DNA of 64,000 nt from Trichoplax adhaerens (Eukaryota > Animalia > Placozoa): assembly GCF_000150275.1 (NCBI RefSeq), contig NW_002060958.1, forward strand, positions 224,966 to 288,965. The letters run 5' to 3'. The position numbers and the translations under genes were made by a program. Every line of letters begins with the position of its first letter. The first letter of the stretch is position 1. The notes below the pieces were generated by a model. It had not been told where the DNA came from. It saw only the letters and a list, made by a program, of their open reading frames with translations, and did no database searches. Below, in pieces: positions 48,443 through 62,700 of this stretch.

Positions 48443-51400
48443 TTAAGAATCTTGATTTTCTTCTCGTAGACGTTGATGATGTCTAAGATTTGTTATCTCT
48501 AGTAGCGTTGGGTCTTTTTCCATGACAACAGCGAGCAAGCTATCCAGATATGTTCGCATCCTACTATTTGTATCTTCTTGTTGTTTTAAAGCTTCCATAA
48601 GCTATTTCATGAAAGAAAGATTATATCATTTTATAATCACTTCTTATTATCATTACATCTCTTTTAATACAGTGTGTTAAGTTAAGAAATGATTACTCGT
48701 AATAGAATACACGGCAATTACATATCGTAGTACGGATAATTACAGTACAGAAGTAATAAAACCTATCATTTACGTAGTTGGCTGCTGTACTTACCTCATC
48801 TTTACTAGCAAATTCCAATTCTGCTGCCAGAGATTCTGCTGGCATATTATCATCTAAACTGACGCGCTGTAACTGGCCATCTAAATAAGTCTTTTGCATT
48901 CTACTGTTGGCTTCTCTCAACTTTTGAATGTCCTGTAAAAAGAATGATAGTGTTACAATTGCAACTCTACCGAAAATTATGCAATATGATGGTTCAATAA
49001 TTCTTCAACCTGATATTTGGCAAATAGTATCAATATCGACATAAAGTATCTTTCAGTTGCATATTGTATTTACATTCAACCCGATTTATTGCTGCAAGTA
49101 ACCTATTACGATTGAAACTCAACTCTATTTTTCTGTTTCGATTTGCAATACAATATTTCCTAATCAGCAAGGTTACTATTTTAAACTATATACAATTCTT
49201 GTAACTGGTAGGCCATCACGAGGTATTAATTAATTTAAAAATATAAATACTTGTATAAATTATAATATAATTAAGGAGATATCTATAAGGAATTGTTTAG
49301 TTAGTACTTAAAGTAGAAAAAAATGTATGCAACGCATAAAACCCTACATGACAATTATTCTAAGACTAATATTCTTGATAGCATTGGATGATAAATTAAG
49401 CATATTAATGCTCGCCTAACATGGGAAGAGATCCATACAAAATTGTTCATGAACTTATAGTACCAAAAACTTAGCGTAGAGCTACTATAAGATTGTAATG
49501 TATGGAAATTAAGTTTTAGCTGCGTCTTACCCGTTGAAGCGATTTAATCTCATTCTGGTAACCACTCGTGTCTATAGCTACAAAATTCTTAGTCTCTAAT
49601 GTTAATCTTTCGATTTCATCTTTAGCTTCATCATAATGTCGTTGCAGATTGTTATTTTCTTCTTGGGCCTCATGTAATACCTATGATATTTTTGATAACA
49701 GTACTCATTCTTAATATTTAAACTTTATTGTTAAATTGTTAAACGTTCAAATGACGTATGCGCGATAATTCCTAACGACAGTATAGAGTCCGACTGCGTA
49801 ACTGCTATTGACAGTGAGATCGTAAATTGACCTTCTACAATATGATTAAGTTACAATATTGCTAGTACTAACATAGTTATTAATTTCTAGACACATGAAG
49901 TAGTGTTTGATAAATATCATAAATAGAATATTACAATATTATAAAAAGTCAGTCAAAGTAGCTAACACTATATCTAACGCTATATCTAGCAAATAACGTA
50001 GTTCGTTTCTAAATATTATATCAAGTAGAAATATACATCGTATTTTAAAATTGCTATGAGAGTTCTACCTGCTTAAATACTTGTTGATCTTCTTCAATAC
50101 ATGTCTTCAGGTCCACAATTTCTTTTTCTAGAGTCTTTACTGAATCTTCACTACGGTTAAATCGGAGTTGCAAATCATCGTTTTTTTCTTGTAATGAAGT
50201 AGCTTTCTGTCATAATTATCCAAATATTAGTTGTTACAAAGTCTTCACTTAATCTAATTCTACCGTAAGGTCTATCTATAAGCTATCTTTAATTTTATGA
50301 GTTATTTCAAGGTGGAATCTAATTTTCTTCATTCAATTCAAACTGATATTTATAATAACGGTCAATAATTGCACACTGTGTAACTTACCGCATGGTCTAG
50401 ATCTTGTTGACCCTTCAGATAAGAAATTTCTTGAGCGTAATTTTTGCATTTCATATTTAGATCTTTAATCCTGCGGATGCAATTTATCATAATATGTCAA
50501 AAAGTATACTTAATCTGGAAAATACACTCTATTTACGTACTGGAGATGTAGGGACTCAATCTGTTTGTCTCTATCAGCCTCTAATCTTGTCTGCATGAAA
50601 GGTATAAAAACGTCATAGTAATGAGCGATTATCAAGTTACATATGATAGTTTAGAAACTCAAAAGGTGAGAGAAATGATGAATGTAATTAGCAATTACTT
50701 ATAATAGATTTGAGTTTAATATTGGTTTACTGGGAACGCTAGACACTTCTACTGCTATCTAGTACTGTGGTATACTTATATTCAATCTAATGATAAAGCA
50801 GGAATGACTTTAATAATGCACTTACGACGTAAGCTTTATGCTTTTTCTTTTCTTCCGCAAGATCACTAGCATGAACAGTTCTGCTCTCACTTAGTTGTTC
50901 CTCCAGATAGTTACACCGTTGTACAAATTGACTATTTTCAATTTTTGTACGCTTTAATGCTTCAGAGTGCGACGAACATTGTTTTTCAGTTTTCTCTAGC
51001 TGAGATGTAAGATGTAATATCTACAACATTACGATAAATAAAGACATGCATGAAATTCTGATATGAAAATAATTATAGCTGCGGCTGATTTAGTAATCAC
51101 GATTTATCTTTTTATCGAGAATAGTAGAGTTTAGCCCTCAGTATTTTGACGATTACTACGCAGATCTATAGACGCTCATAACCAAAATTTTAGAAGAACG
51201 TTTTGTATAGTAACTTTCAAATAGTTATCTTTTATCGTAGCTGAGTTGCAAACATTAGCTGTATATCAGGTAATCAATCCATGAATATTAAGAAATAATT
51301 TATAGTACGCATGATGTCATGAACTATTTAAGTGAGTACTAAAAACAGAAATACCAAATGATATACGTAACTATACCTGATCATTTAATTTATGTAAATA

Positions 51401-54400
51401 TTCTGCGTTGTCGTCCGATGCCTGACTATCTGTACTGTTTTTTCTACTGAGATAAGAAGGAGTACCATTAACTTTTGCGCGGGTGAGTAGTTTCCTGTTA
51501 AGAATTTGATACAATAATATTATATAACACTTAAATCTATCATTAATCTGTACAGGAAAAAGTGCGCAACATTAAAGTGTAATTTAAAGCTTATAATTGC
51601 AGTTCAATTGCATACAAAATTTTATAGCTAAAGCTCATCATCGGATATGACTACTTACACTCCTACCCTTCGTCCGGAAGGAGTTCGTACTAGTCTAAAA
51701 GTAGACAAAGATAAATGTTACCAATGCGATAATAAAAGCCAGCTACGTAGCCAGGCATTATCAAGTAACGGTAAAAGGACATCTTTCCGATCATTACGAC
51801 TACATTTATCGTAACATTGACTTTAAGTTATAAACATGCAGTAGTGTATGGTTACCGAGCGGGGGTTAACTCCTTATCGGATTCTTCATCGATCATCATC
51901 GAATCGTCTTCACCCATTCCGACAAAGCCCTCTTCATTTGTGCTTGCCGAGAGTAAACTACTATTTACGCCTTCCTTCTGATTTAATTCATCAGTAGTAC
52001 TCGTATTTTGATTGTCAGCGTTAACTAAAGTTACTGATTCGTCTTTGGTATCGGTTACGGAATCTGTCGTGTCAGCAACGCTGACGTGCATTTCCTGACC
52101 ATCAACGAGATCCTTTGTACCTGCCTATAAGTGTACGTTTTTGTAAACGTCAATAGTATACTTTTAAGTGCAATTATAAGAGCCATTGTTAAATATATAT
52201 GGGAATAATGATTCTATAGATGGCCTTGTTGTTAGTTGTAAAGCCATAATGATAGCTATATACGATACTTATCAAATTATTGATCTAGATGTTAATTTCA
52301 CTTTTAATGGCTTATTAGTTTAAATTACAATTTATGATGCAATCATAATTTCTTCAATTAGATTTACTATGTAAAATTAGTCATAGGACGTAATCTTTAG
52401 ATATTAATTAACTATAGTGCAAAGAACGATATAGTATCCATAGCAAACGAATAACTAGGATAATAGGCTATCAAATCGATAAATGAGTGCCTTTTAGGTC
52501 GAATATTAAATCTTAACAGGTCATTAAATTGGCGTAATAAGTTTCAATTGTTGAAGCAGTGACTGATTCCAAAAAATATTTCTTAAATCTTAGTAGTCTA
52601 GCTACAATCGAATCGAATAAACAGCACTCGAATTTACAGTACGAAATTGAACTACTTAAGAATTTACATCACCATATGAAAAGGTCTACATGTAAAATGG
52701 TTATTAAGGAATAAGAAGACAAAATTCCCGAGCGTTCTAAATGTAAAGTACTTATATTGAGATTCCTTACCAACTGATCCTGTTGTAATTGATGGTATTT
52801 TTCTAATGAATCAAGGACATCTGGTGCAGGTTGGTAACCATTGCGACTATTTCCTAGTAATATGTAAACATAAGGAACAAAAGATAGCACAGATATCAAT
52901 TAGTCATTCAAGGCAGTGGGAATTAATGCAATATAATTCGCAGATAAGAGATATAAAAGTGAAGTTAGACAAATAAAAAACAGATAATTTGTTATTCAAA
53001 GTCACAAGAATAAAGATGAAAGGGGGTTTTGATTATATTTGCAATCTCACTTTATAAAACTTTCTGACAAATCAATTGCACTAAATGCCGACAATATATC
53101 AGACCCGGTACAGGCCACAAACTAATAAATGATGAGACTGCAGTCTGGATATACAGTACTCGTATATTGAAATAACAGCATTCTTAATTTAATTTCAATT
53201 TTTACCATACACATACTGTAGATAATACACTTAGATCCGATTTCAATGGTAAATTAATCAAAAATCAACTGACGCTTATTCTAAAGAAATCGTACCATTT
53301 ATAATCTATAGAAGACTATAACCAACCTGGTAATTTAGTACAGTATATCGAACATATCATTATCATTTACGTAATACCATGACATGACCATTTTTATTTC
53401 TTCTTTCTAATACTATGAGCGCTATACATTGTACAATCTATAGTATATTATTAATTATTTGAAAGAACTAAAACATCCTAATATTCGTTTACATGAGGAC
53501 TTGAATACTGGCCGTGATAACATGAGGCTACTAAGAAATGCCTGTTTTTGAGCCGTACGTGAGCCAAAAATAAAATTTTGTCATATACGAAATCTCTAGC
53601 TATAGCGAAGTCATATGTGCTTGTTAAAAACGATCAATATAATACGTAGTATTAGCGTTGCTTATCTAGATGTGAAGATTTAAGCACTCGAAAGTGACAT
53701 AAAGAATAGAAACGGTTTCGATGCCAGTTGTAAGCATTGCTAGCTATATTATGATACCGTACTTTACCTGTAAAAACGCACTTAACACGTTCTTTAAATT
53801 CTTCATAATCAAATCTACCGCGTCCTTCCGGATCTAAACTCCGAATGATTTCTTGTACCTCCTAAAATTTTAAAGGTTAAAGCGTTATAATACCAATTCT
53901 CATCAAAACGTATCAATTATCTATCATCATACAATAAATCGCCATTTAGTGTGCATAGGTGAAATATACCAAGCGTCTCTGTTGTTACGTTTATAATATA
54001 CACGTAAAAACGAGTAGCTGTATTGATTGATAATTATAATGTGACACTGACTTCCATTTGGAGATATTATTAAAAGTTTCGTATTTAAAAATTAAATTTA
54101 TAGCTAGATTTCAATTCCGTCTCTTAAGAAAATGAGTAATTTTCTCCAGGCAAAGAATCTTTATAACGATACAACTAATGTACGATAAAAGGTAAAACAA
54201 GTCCTATTACATAATATCTAGTACGCTGACTTTAGTTTCAGGATGCACTCAATTATGGCCATAAGCACAATCGAAATTAAAGCAAAAGTTTGGAGGATAG
54301 GTGAAATCTTACTTCTTATTAGTGAGAAAGTGTCCATTAAAGGGTATACGAGTAGGCCCATAACTATCCAAGCAAACAACGAATGAATCAAGTTTATGAA

Positions 54401-57305
54401 GATATTAACTTGACGTGCACGATAAACTACTGAAAGCCCAACAAGCTACGATAAACAAATAATATTTTGACGACGGCTAATTAGCCAAAGTCATTTAGTA
54501 AAAAAAATCGATAAGTCGCGTTGCTATGATAACATATAAGCTATCCCTAACTTTTTCAAGTAAAGCAGCTTGAATTTACAAGCTACATACGCACCTATAG
54601 AAATTGCTAAAGATATTGAGATTTTTATCACGCGTCGTAATGGATTTTCAAAGTGTCATTAAGCGCGTACATAAATTATCCTATGCTATATTTGAGCAAG
54701 CTTTAACATGCAATAAAAGTTGATCATTAAAGGAAATGATATCGTTTATGACCTATTCTCGACGATGCCTTACGGTAATGTTTTTATTGCCTAATCAATA
54801 CTTCTGGTGTTCAGCTATTAAGAAGATTTGCAGTATACTGTAGGGTTAACGTTTACTTTGATTTTGAAACAAAGATGAACCGAATTAGACAAGGTTTTAC
54901 AGTCAGTTCACTTTCCATTGAAATATGTTCACAACAATCTTATTTTTCATGACTTTGCTGAATAGAGAGCACTATAAAGTGAGGTATCTAGATGATCATG
55001 GGCCATATCAATCGATACTGCAATGATTATGGTCAGGGTATCGCTCCTTACTTAAGGGCGTTGAAGGGCATCGTAATGCTGTTTACAAGTATTATGATTA
55101 ATGTGGCTTTACAATATTGTACAGTAATGGTGGCAATTTACATGTTACAGCAAGCTAAGTCAGTGGTAAAGTCAATTCGGAGGTTGTGATCAAAGCCGCT
55201 GACTGTTGTATGATAATGCTCACGGTATACTTATAATTTAGGCTATATCCTGGAATGACTAAATAATGCCAAAGTACAATACAGTAGTGGCCTACTGCTA
55301 TGATTGCATACTGTAACCTGTTTTATAGTAGTTCTCTTTACTCTACAAACAAACCAAAAGCAGAATTGTTATTACAACTTGTAATTTCAACAGTAGCCGG
55401 TGTCTGTTGCAAAGTGACGTTGTTATTACTGTACTGTTACAATTCATTCCAAGACTGGACTGAAACATACAAATTCATTCTGCCTTGGATATCTTTCCTT
55501 TAAGATCAACGTGGAAATGGACGATCAGTACGACCATTAAATCAATCTGTTTTAAATATAGTAGTACCCAGCTATTACCGGGATATATATAATGTCGAAT
55601 GGTAATACTATCTGTTAATTATTAATAAATGGGTACATTATCGTAAACCGTCAGCAAAGCGACGGGAGTTTGGACTAGTATATACTAAATGATCCAATTT
55701 ATTCAAACATTGCCACTCTAGTTATATTATATTAAGTACAGTACTTGTAGTTTAGTTAATGTTTTCTGATGGAGTTTATAAAAAGCGAACGAGGCCTTGG
55801 ACTGTTATTAAAATCTCCCAATTTTAAGATTAGCTATTGCAATACTGTAAGTTGACCATTTGTGGAGAACATTTCTATCAATGAATAACACATGCCTTTG
55901 GCAATCATTTTAACGTCTACATTTTGTCCTAATTAAAGCATTTTCAAGAATACCCTAAATTAATAGAAGATTTTATCAACGTGCTACTGAATAGGTATAC
56001 TACAGTATGGTTTCAATTCAATCAGTTAATGAAAATTATTACGTTCTATCGATCACTCAATGCTATTACAGATGAATGTGTAAGAAAACATCTCTCCATT
56101 GGACTAATAGTAAATTAGGACATTTTGAAGAGGCAAATTGTTGTAGCCTTAAAAGAAACTGATGTTTGCAATACTATCCTATGTTGATCGAATTAAAAAT
56201 GAATCAAACCATAGTTACCAGGAAAATTAGTGATCATTAATTCATCAGTAACTTAGTATTGAGTATCCTGGTGCTTTAATTAGGGCAAGAAAAGGCAGTC
56301 AAAGATAGAAGTGTCAATGTTTCCATGTCTTGAGTTCATCTTTTACCACATATTAGTAGTAAAGGATGATTCTTGTCTCCTTTCTATGACATGGATGAAT
56401 AGGTATTGTAGTCTGGTGGGTAGAAAGCCAGTATCGGTATGTGGTCAATATCGATGACTATCCGTGTCAAGTCGTGTTCAAAGAAGAAAAATGAGCAAAA
56501 TGTCACTGATTGCTTATCCATCCTTTCTATTGACTTGGCATAGACTATAATGAAAATAAGTATAAGAAGGGAAAGGAGATATGCAGTTGGTCTTTTGGTT
56601 TAAATTGTGCCAAGTCTCGTCTGGCAAGAAAAGGAGTAGAAAGCCTACGTTAGTATGGCTTGCCATCATGATTGTTAGACGATGCAAAGAAAAAAAAGAT
56701 TGTTGAAATGTATGATATCGCTGCAAAAATGTGGTGAGAATAATCAGTCCATGGGATAAAGTACAGTAAGAAATGCAATCGATTGGAAGCTGAATTGAAT
56801 CATAAAAATTAGTCTACCTCCTGCAGTAACTGGTAAGAAAGGATTGAAGTATGGGTGATGTTGTTTTCTAGGTGATGATAACATGTTATCCATGGCTATA
56901 CTGTACTATCGATTAGGAGAATTCAATGTAGACCCCAATGGGATATTCGTCTACTGGCAATCTCTAACTAGGGTAGGCTAATTTTATCGAGAGTGAATAT
57001 GGTTGGTATTGGATAATTAGGGTAGAGTAGACCTTAACAATGATTGCCACTTTGTCAGTCATGGGAGTATTTCTAGTTTGGACAAGTATCAACATTGGAG
57101 TGAGTGATCGAGATCGTTGATACCATGACTAGGTGTGAATTAACTGGTCACTGTCTGTCTCTCTCTCGCTTACCCCTTGATCACCAAATGTAGAAGCCCA
57201 TTGCTGCATGTCTTCCACAGTAATAAAGCCTTTGCCATGCTCGTCTAATGCTCGAATGACTGAATTTAATCGCAATCGCAGTGGAAGCTCCTCTTCTTCT
57301 GCCAT
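48443..57305 (-). CDS. RAB11FIP3: Rab11 family-interacting protein class II (FIP3/FIP4/Nuf-like: EF-hands, coiled coil, C-terminal Rab11-binding domain), ~547 aa, 13 exons
   Basis: Exons (minus): 57305-57174, 53861-53768, 52853-52771, 52124-51856, 51694-51659, 51494-51377, 51020-50826, 50590-50541, 50470-50389, 50206-50069, 49680-49531, 48932-48795, 48601-48443 (1644 nt, GT-AG). EF-hand pair RLNSVIRALDEHGKGFITVED / LDPEGRGRFDYEEF; KIENSQFVQRCNYLEEQL; RBD SLAAELEFASKDELMEALKQQEDTNSRMRTYLDSLLAVVMEKDPTLLEI. Co-orthologue of vertebrate FIP3 and FIP4. Confidence 0.92.
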
Positions 57306-59791
57306 AATGGTTGGGGTCAATGCAACAAGCTTACCACCTTACAGTAATTATACAGGCTGACAAGATTGACAACAGCCAATAAACTCTACTGTAGACGTTC
57401 AATGATGCCTTGCTTGCTTTCTCCTACCAATGCAATCCAATTCAAGGTAAAATACAAGAGTCAAGCAGTGAAAAATGGATCCAATGGAGTGGGACAAGAT
57501 TGGATTTTCTTCAGTGAAATTTTTCAATTTCCTTTGATGGCGCAAGTTGAGGATGGAAGCAGTGAGCCAATGGAGTGCGTCAACTGCAATGATTTCAGTC
57601 GCTTGTGAGTCATTCGCCTAGAAAACGAACTTGCTTCTCAACAATAGCATGAGTCAACCAAGGCACGATTGACGGTCGAGATCAGCGTCAACAATGACTG
57701 ACTGCATTGTTGCCTACTGTTTAATGCAGTCAGTCGTTGACAACAATATCAACGCATTGTGTGTGTGTGTATACTGATACATCTGTCTAGGGCCACGCCA
57801 ATGCCAATATTGTCCGCCACTCTTCATCTACGATTGAATATGTCTACAGTACTGGCATCGAGTGTTCCATGATACAGTACACTAGTGGCAGTATTGATGC
57901 TCCACTGCAGATACTGTACAGTGTACAGTACGACGTCAGTTGGACACTGGCGCACTGTACTGTACTGTACAGTACGACATCGGTTTGGACACTGACATAC
58001 TGTACTGTACAGTACACTAGTGGCAGTATTTACGCTCCACTCCAGAAACTGCATGATGTACAGTGTACAGTACGACGCCAGTTGGACACTGACGTACTGT
58101 ACACTATGCTACTGTGCTTGACTCGATACAGTACAGTACACTAGTGGCAGTATTCACGCTCCACTCCAGAAACTGCATGATGTACTGTACAGTGTACAGT
58201 ACAGTGTACTGTACACTGAGTGTACAGTGGGACATTTGTGCAACTCTGATTGACTTGCTGGCTACCGTACTGTGGGATTGAAGGATAGCTTGGAGCAATC
58301 GACTCCATTTCAATTTTCAATTTAGAGCAAATGCAAAACAAATAACAAGACGTCAATGTTGATTTAATCCTCATCAGTCATCCTCCTTTAAATATAGTAT
58401 TGGTACATTGAAGTCGAGTACTTTCTAGGGGTGGGCGGTCGGCGACATGGACATTGGTGTTTTCTTTCAAAATAGCTTGAATGAAAGGTAATTTGCTCGA
58501 ATAAACAGCACGGCATGTTTGTTTTCTACCAGTCGGTGTACTAAGTTACGGACTGACAAAAACATGCCAATCAACCAACAACAGTACCACTATTCACGAT
58601 AGTCAGGTATGTCGAACTAGTACAAATTACATTATTGTAGAACTTGAAGCATTACAGTATGATGGTTACAATGCTTGATTTCAACTCGACATTGCATCTA
58701 TTGCATATCTTCATGCTCGTCGGGCAAATTTCATTCCACAACTTTCCACTTTTCATACTGCAGTACTATACTGTACACTGTACAGTGTACAGTACAGTAC
58801 TGCATGCTACCGTCCAGTGTCCAGCGTCCAGTACATAGTGTAAAAAAAGGACACTATACAGAACAGTGGACAGACTGACGATCTTTACTAGACATTTTGA
58901 AATATGGGTAAATGGGTAATGCAGAATAATGGATTGCAGCTTAGTGTGCGCGATTCTTGTACTCCACTCATTGTACAGTGTAATGTTATCGGATGGTATA
59001 CAGCACTGGCAAAGGATGCTTCCGATGTGGAGAGGATGAGATATATTTTATTCGTATCTTAGAGAGAGAAAATCAACAAGACTCTGAGGAAAGTTTCGGT
59101 TGCATCAGACTGAGCGCCCATTGCACAGTACGAGTACGCGCAGTGGCGGTCTACTGTGCAGTATATTGTTATACAGTACTGTACTGTACAGTACGTTGGA
59201 TATGATACTTCATTATGTTACATGGACTGTATAATAAGTGTATATACAGTGATGGAGGCCACTGACGGATTGCCGGACAGATCGTCATTCATTACAGATT
59301 GAAGGCGCTGATGGTGATCATGGACATCTAGGCTGTAACGTACAGTACAGGGTAGCTTCAAATTGCCGGCCATTGAAATGATATCAAGACATAATTTTAA
59401 GACTAAATTGAACAAATTTGGTATCAAGCGATAGCCTAGATGTTTAAAATTTCAAATTTGGTAACAAAAATTGTAAAAATAATCAATTTTTAGGTTCTAA
59501 TTCTACTTAAAATATCATGAATCTGCAGTACGAACTGAAATTTCAGTCCAATCCTTCTAACAAAAGAATAGAGTATGCGTAGATCGTGGTCAATGGCCCC
59601 CATACTGTACTGTACTGTACTGTACTGTAGTACTACACAGTGTACAATGTACAGTCACGGTAGTTCGTACTGTATCGAACGCACTGGATGCACTGTACTT
59701 GGAGTGGTCAAATGCTGTAGGGTATAGTACTAAAACAACTTCAAACAAGCAGCAGGACGTTAGAAAGGCTAAAATCACACTGCAATCACCA
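57306..59791. promoter_or_regulatory. Head-to-head promoter region between Rab11-FIP3/4 and CDK11
   Basis: 2.5 kb between divergent ATGs and GC-richer than the introns. AP-1 TGAGTCA at 57606 and 57650. Four TACAG/CTGTA tracts (57845-58227, 58758-58802, 59125-59193, 59604-59698). Confidence 0.65.
57845..58227. repeat. Three-copy tandem repeat (~124-135 bp) built from TACAG/CTGTA units
   Basis: CAGTACACTAGTGGCAGTATT at 57875, 58010 and 58134, each followed by GCTCCACT; internal TACGAC...TTGGACACTG sub-repeats. Confidence 0.88.
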
Positions 59792-62700
59792 ATGGCTACC
59801 AAGAAAGCTCAAGAAATGCACAACCAAAATTTAGATTCTATCAAAGTCAAAACCTTAGAAGAAATACTACAAGAGAAAAGAAATCGATCTAGATCAGACA
59901 GTGAAAATATTGCTGAGACAGAAGATTCTCCAGGTAGCCAATTCTTGACTGATACCATCAACTTCATTACCAAGAGTGTACCGATGTATCATGCATGCTT
60001 CTGCCAAGGCTTACATGCTAGCTGTAGAAATACACAGTTGGAAAGTCATCAACGGATCATGCTGGAAATTATAATCTGTAGCTTGTTATTTTCTTATAAC
60101 TTAGCTAGAACATGATATGGGACTTTTAGCTTTACATTACTACTATTATTATCGCGACTGCTACCATAACAAATTGAGTCCATCTTTCTTGATGCAGTCA
60201 TCCATTCCTGTCCAAATGGTCAATTCAGACTTTCATATAGTATCAATGTCATTTGAAAATAGCTAAAGCGTATTCCGATGATATACTGATACTGTACAAT
60301 CTTGATTCAAAGAATATGTCTGAGATATCCTTCATCTTATTGACCATGTTAAAATCTATCATATCAACAAGAAGGACAATTGAATTGTTGGCAACACAGA
60401 CCCTAGCGATTGGATAACATTTTAAAAAATGACGTACAAATAAATATCTTTTGCGCCGTAGTTAGCAATTTACTCGTGTAATACTCCAGCTGCTTCCGTT
60501 GTAGCAATCTTAACGTTTTCACTTTTTACTTAACAGACGTAACCTCCGACACTAAAGATGAAACTACATCTGCAGCTTTAGAGCTAGACGAAGGAGAGAT
60601 TATTAGCAGCGGCGAAGAAAATTTAAACCATATCGATGATACAAAACCTACCAAGCGAAATCATGCAAGTCAGAATGATGAATTAGATGATTATGAAGAG
60701 GGAGAAATCAAGGATAGAGACGAAGTTGAACGAAAAGAAGAATTTGTGCCAGCCGCAGATTCGTCTATCATTTCTAACCGGCAAATAAGCACAACTAGTA
60801 GTCGAAAACGAGATGATAGAGGTAAGCATGACGTCAATTTGAATTGAACCAAGACAAATAAAGGCAATTAACACAATTTTACCTGTACCGTACATATTCA
60901 ATACTGCATTGCACTGACGCTGTAATAGCTGGCTCTATTTTATTGTACCCTCAGTTATTGCAATGCTAGAAAGCTTGATAATGTGTCTATTAGTTCGACT
61001 TCGAGAAAGTACCATGATAGTCGGTCGTTCTCCTCGTAGCGTCATTAAATATACCCAGTAGCCAAAGGATACGTAAACAAATCAGCTCTTCAACTATTAA
61101 CTAGTATGCGGTATTATAACCACAGCTTTAACAGGTCATCGTTCTTCCGAAAAAGATATACATACTTCCAGATATCATTACGAAAGAGAAAGAGATCGCG
61201 ATCGAGAGCGTGAAAGAGAGAGCGAAAGAAATCGTGACAGTCGTTACTCCAGTGATCGTGATAGATTTTCTGCACGCAGTCAGCGACGTGTAGGCGAAAG
61301 ATCTCACAAATACCATGCTGATGATTCTCGAAGTGATCGATACAAATCAAGTGAACGATCTTCCAGATCTCATTATAGCGATAGATATCATCGGGAAAGT
61401 TCATCCGATAGCAAATCTCCTAAATATTTCGATAGCAAAGGGAGAGAAAGCCGAAAAGAATTGACAGATAATTTATACAATACTACAGATAAATCACCTA
61501 TCCCCAATAAAGTTGAAAGAGAAGAGTAAGATATTTACAGCAAAATAAAATCTACTAATTTATAATCACTCACTTTCCATGATCCTATCATAATATATCA
61601 ACCTTTCTCTTTAGGACGTTAATTCGCCACGATAAATTAAAAACCGACATTAGAGCTAGTAGCAATCTTTTACCAGCTGCTGAGACAATGGAAGTTGTAG
61701 ATGTAGAATTAAGTAGCGAAGAAAGCGATCAAGATAATCTCATCAACGAGGAGCGTTCTATCATCGAGGTTAGTTGAACATGGATAATCTTTTGAAATTA
61801 CTATTATTAACATGCTGGAGCAATAGCCAATCCATATTTTTGCACGAAAAAGGACGAAGACGAGGAGAATGAACATAATGATGAATCGATAAAAAGTACT
61901 GATCTTGATGGAAGTATTGCTGATGAGCAAGGCCCTGAATCAGGTTCCGATGGTGAAAAGGGTATGCCACTATGTAGCCTTAATAGTTGTAATGCTTTCC
62001 AATAGTTGAGACTGAATATTGTTATTGATGCTATGTAGCTTACATTTCTGCCAATACTGTATATTAATGATTCAGAAGCAGAATTACCACCTTACCTTCC
62101 TGCCGTCCAGGGCTGTAGAAGTGTTGAAGCGTTTGAATGGCTAAACAGAATTGAAGAAGGTACTTATGGAGTGGTTTATCGAGCTAAGGACTTAAAATCA
62201 GGTACATATCATCGTGTATATAGATTAGGACTTGTATTCGTCTTAATTAAAAGAATTTCTTGGTGAGATAATGAAAATTTTCCGTTGCAGACGAAGTTGT
62301 TGCCTTAAAACGATTAAAAATGGAAAAAGAAAGAGAAGGTTTTCCGATTACTTCCTTAAGGGAGATTAATACATTATTAAAAGCAGATCATCCGAATATT
62401 GTACACGTTAGAGTAAGTTTTGGTGATATACAGTATTTCAAACTTAAAAGAAATATTCGCACCTATATGGATAAACGTCTCACACAGTTCCATTTACTGC
62501 ACTTTGTGATACATTACTAGGAGATAGTAGTTGGTAGCAATATGGATAAGATCTATATTGTAATGGAGTACGTTGAACATGACTTAAAGACTTTAATGGA
62601 ATCGATGTCACAACCTTTCAGCATTAGTAAGTTTTAAATTTTGCTATTAATTAATTAATCGGTAGACGAACAATTGCAAGTATTACCACCATTTTCCTAG

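Noticed and set aside
57875-58155. CACTAGTGGCAGTA resembling a CTCF site
   Set aside because: Only a gapped partial match, and CTCF is considered bilaterian-specific whereas this genome looks non-bilaterian.
57824-59802. Numerous Y/C/T/V/Q/S-rich ORFs
   Set aside because: These are translations of TACAG/CTGTA repeats, which lack stop codons in several frames.
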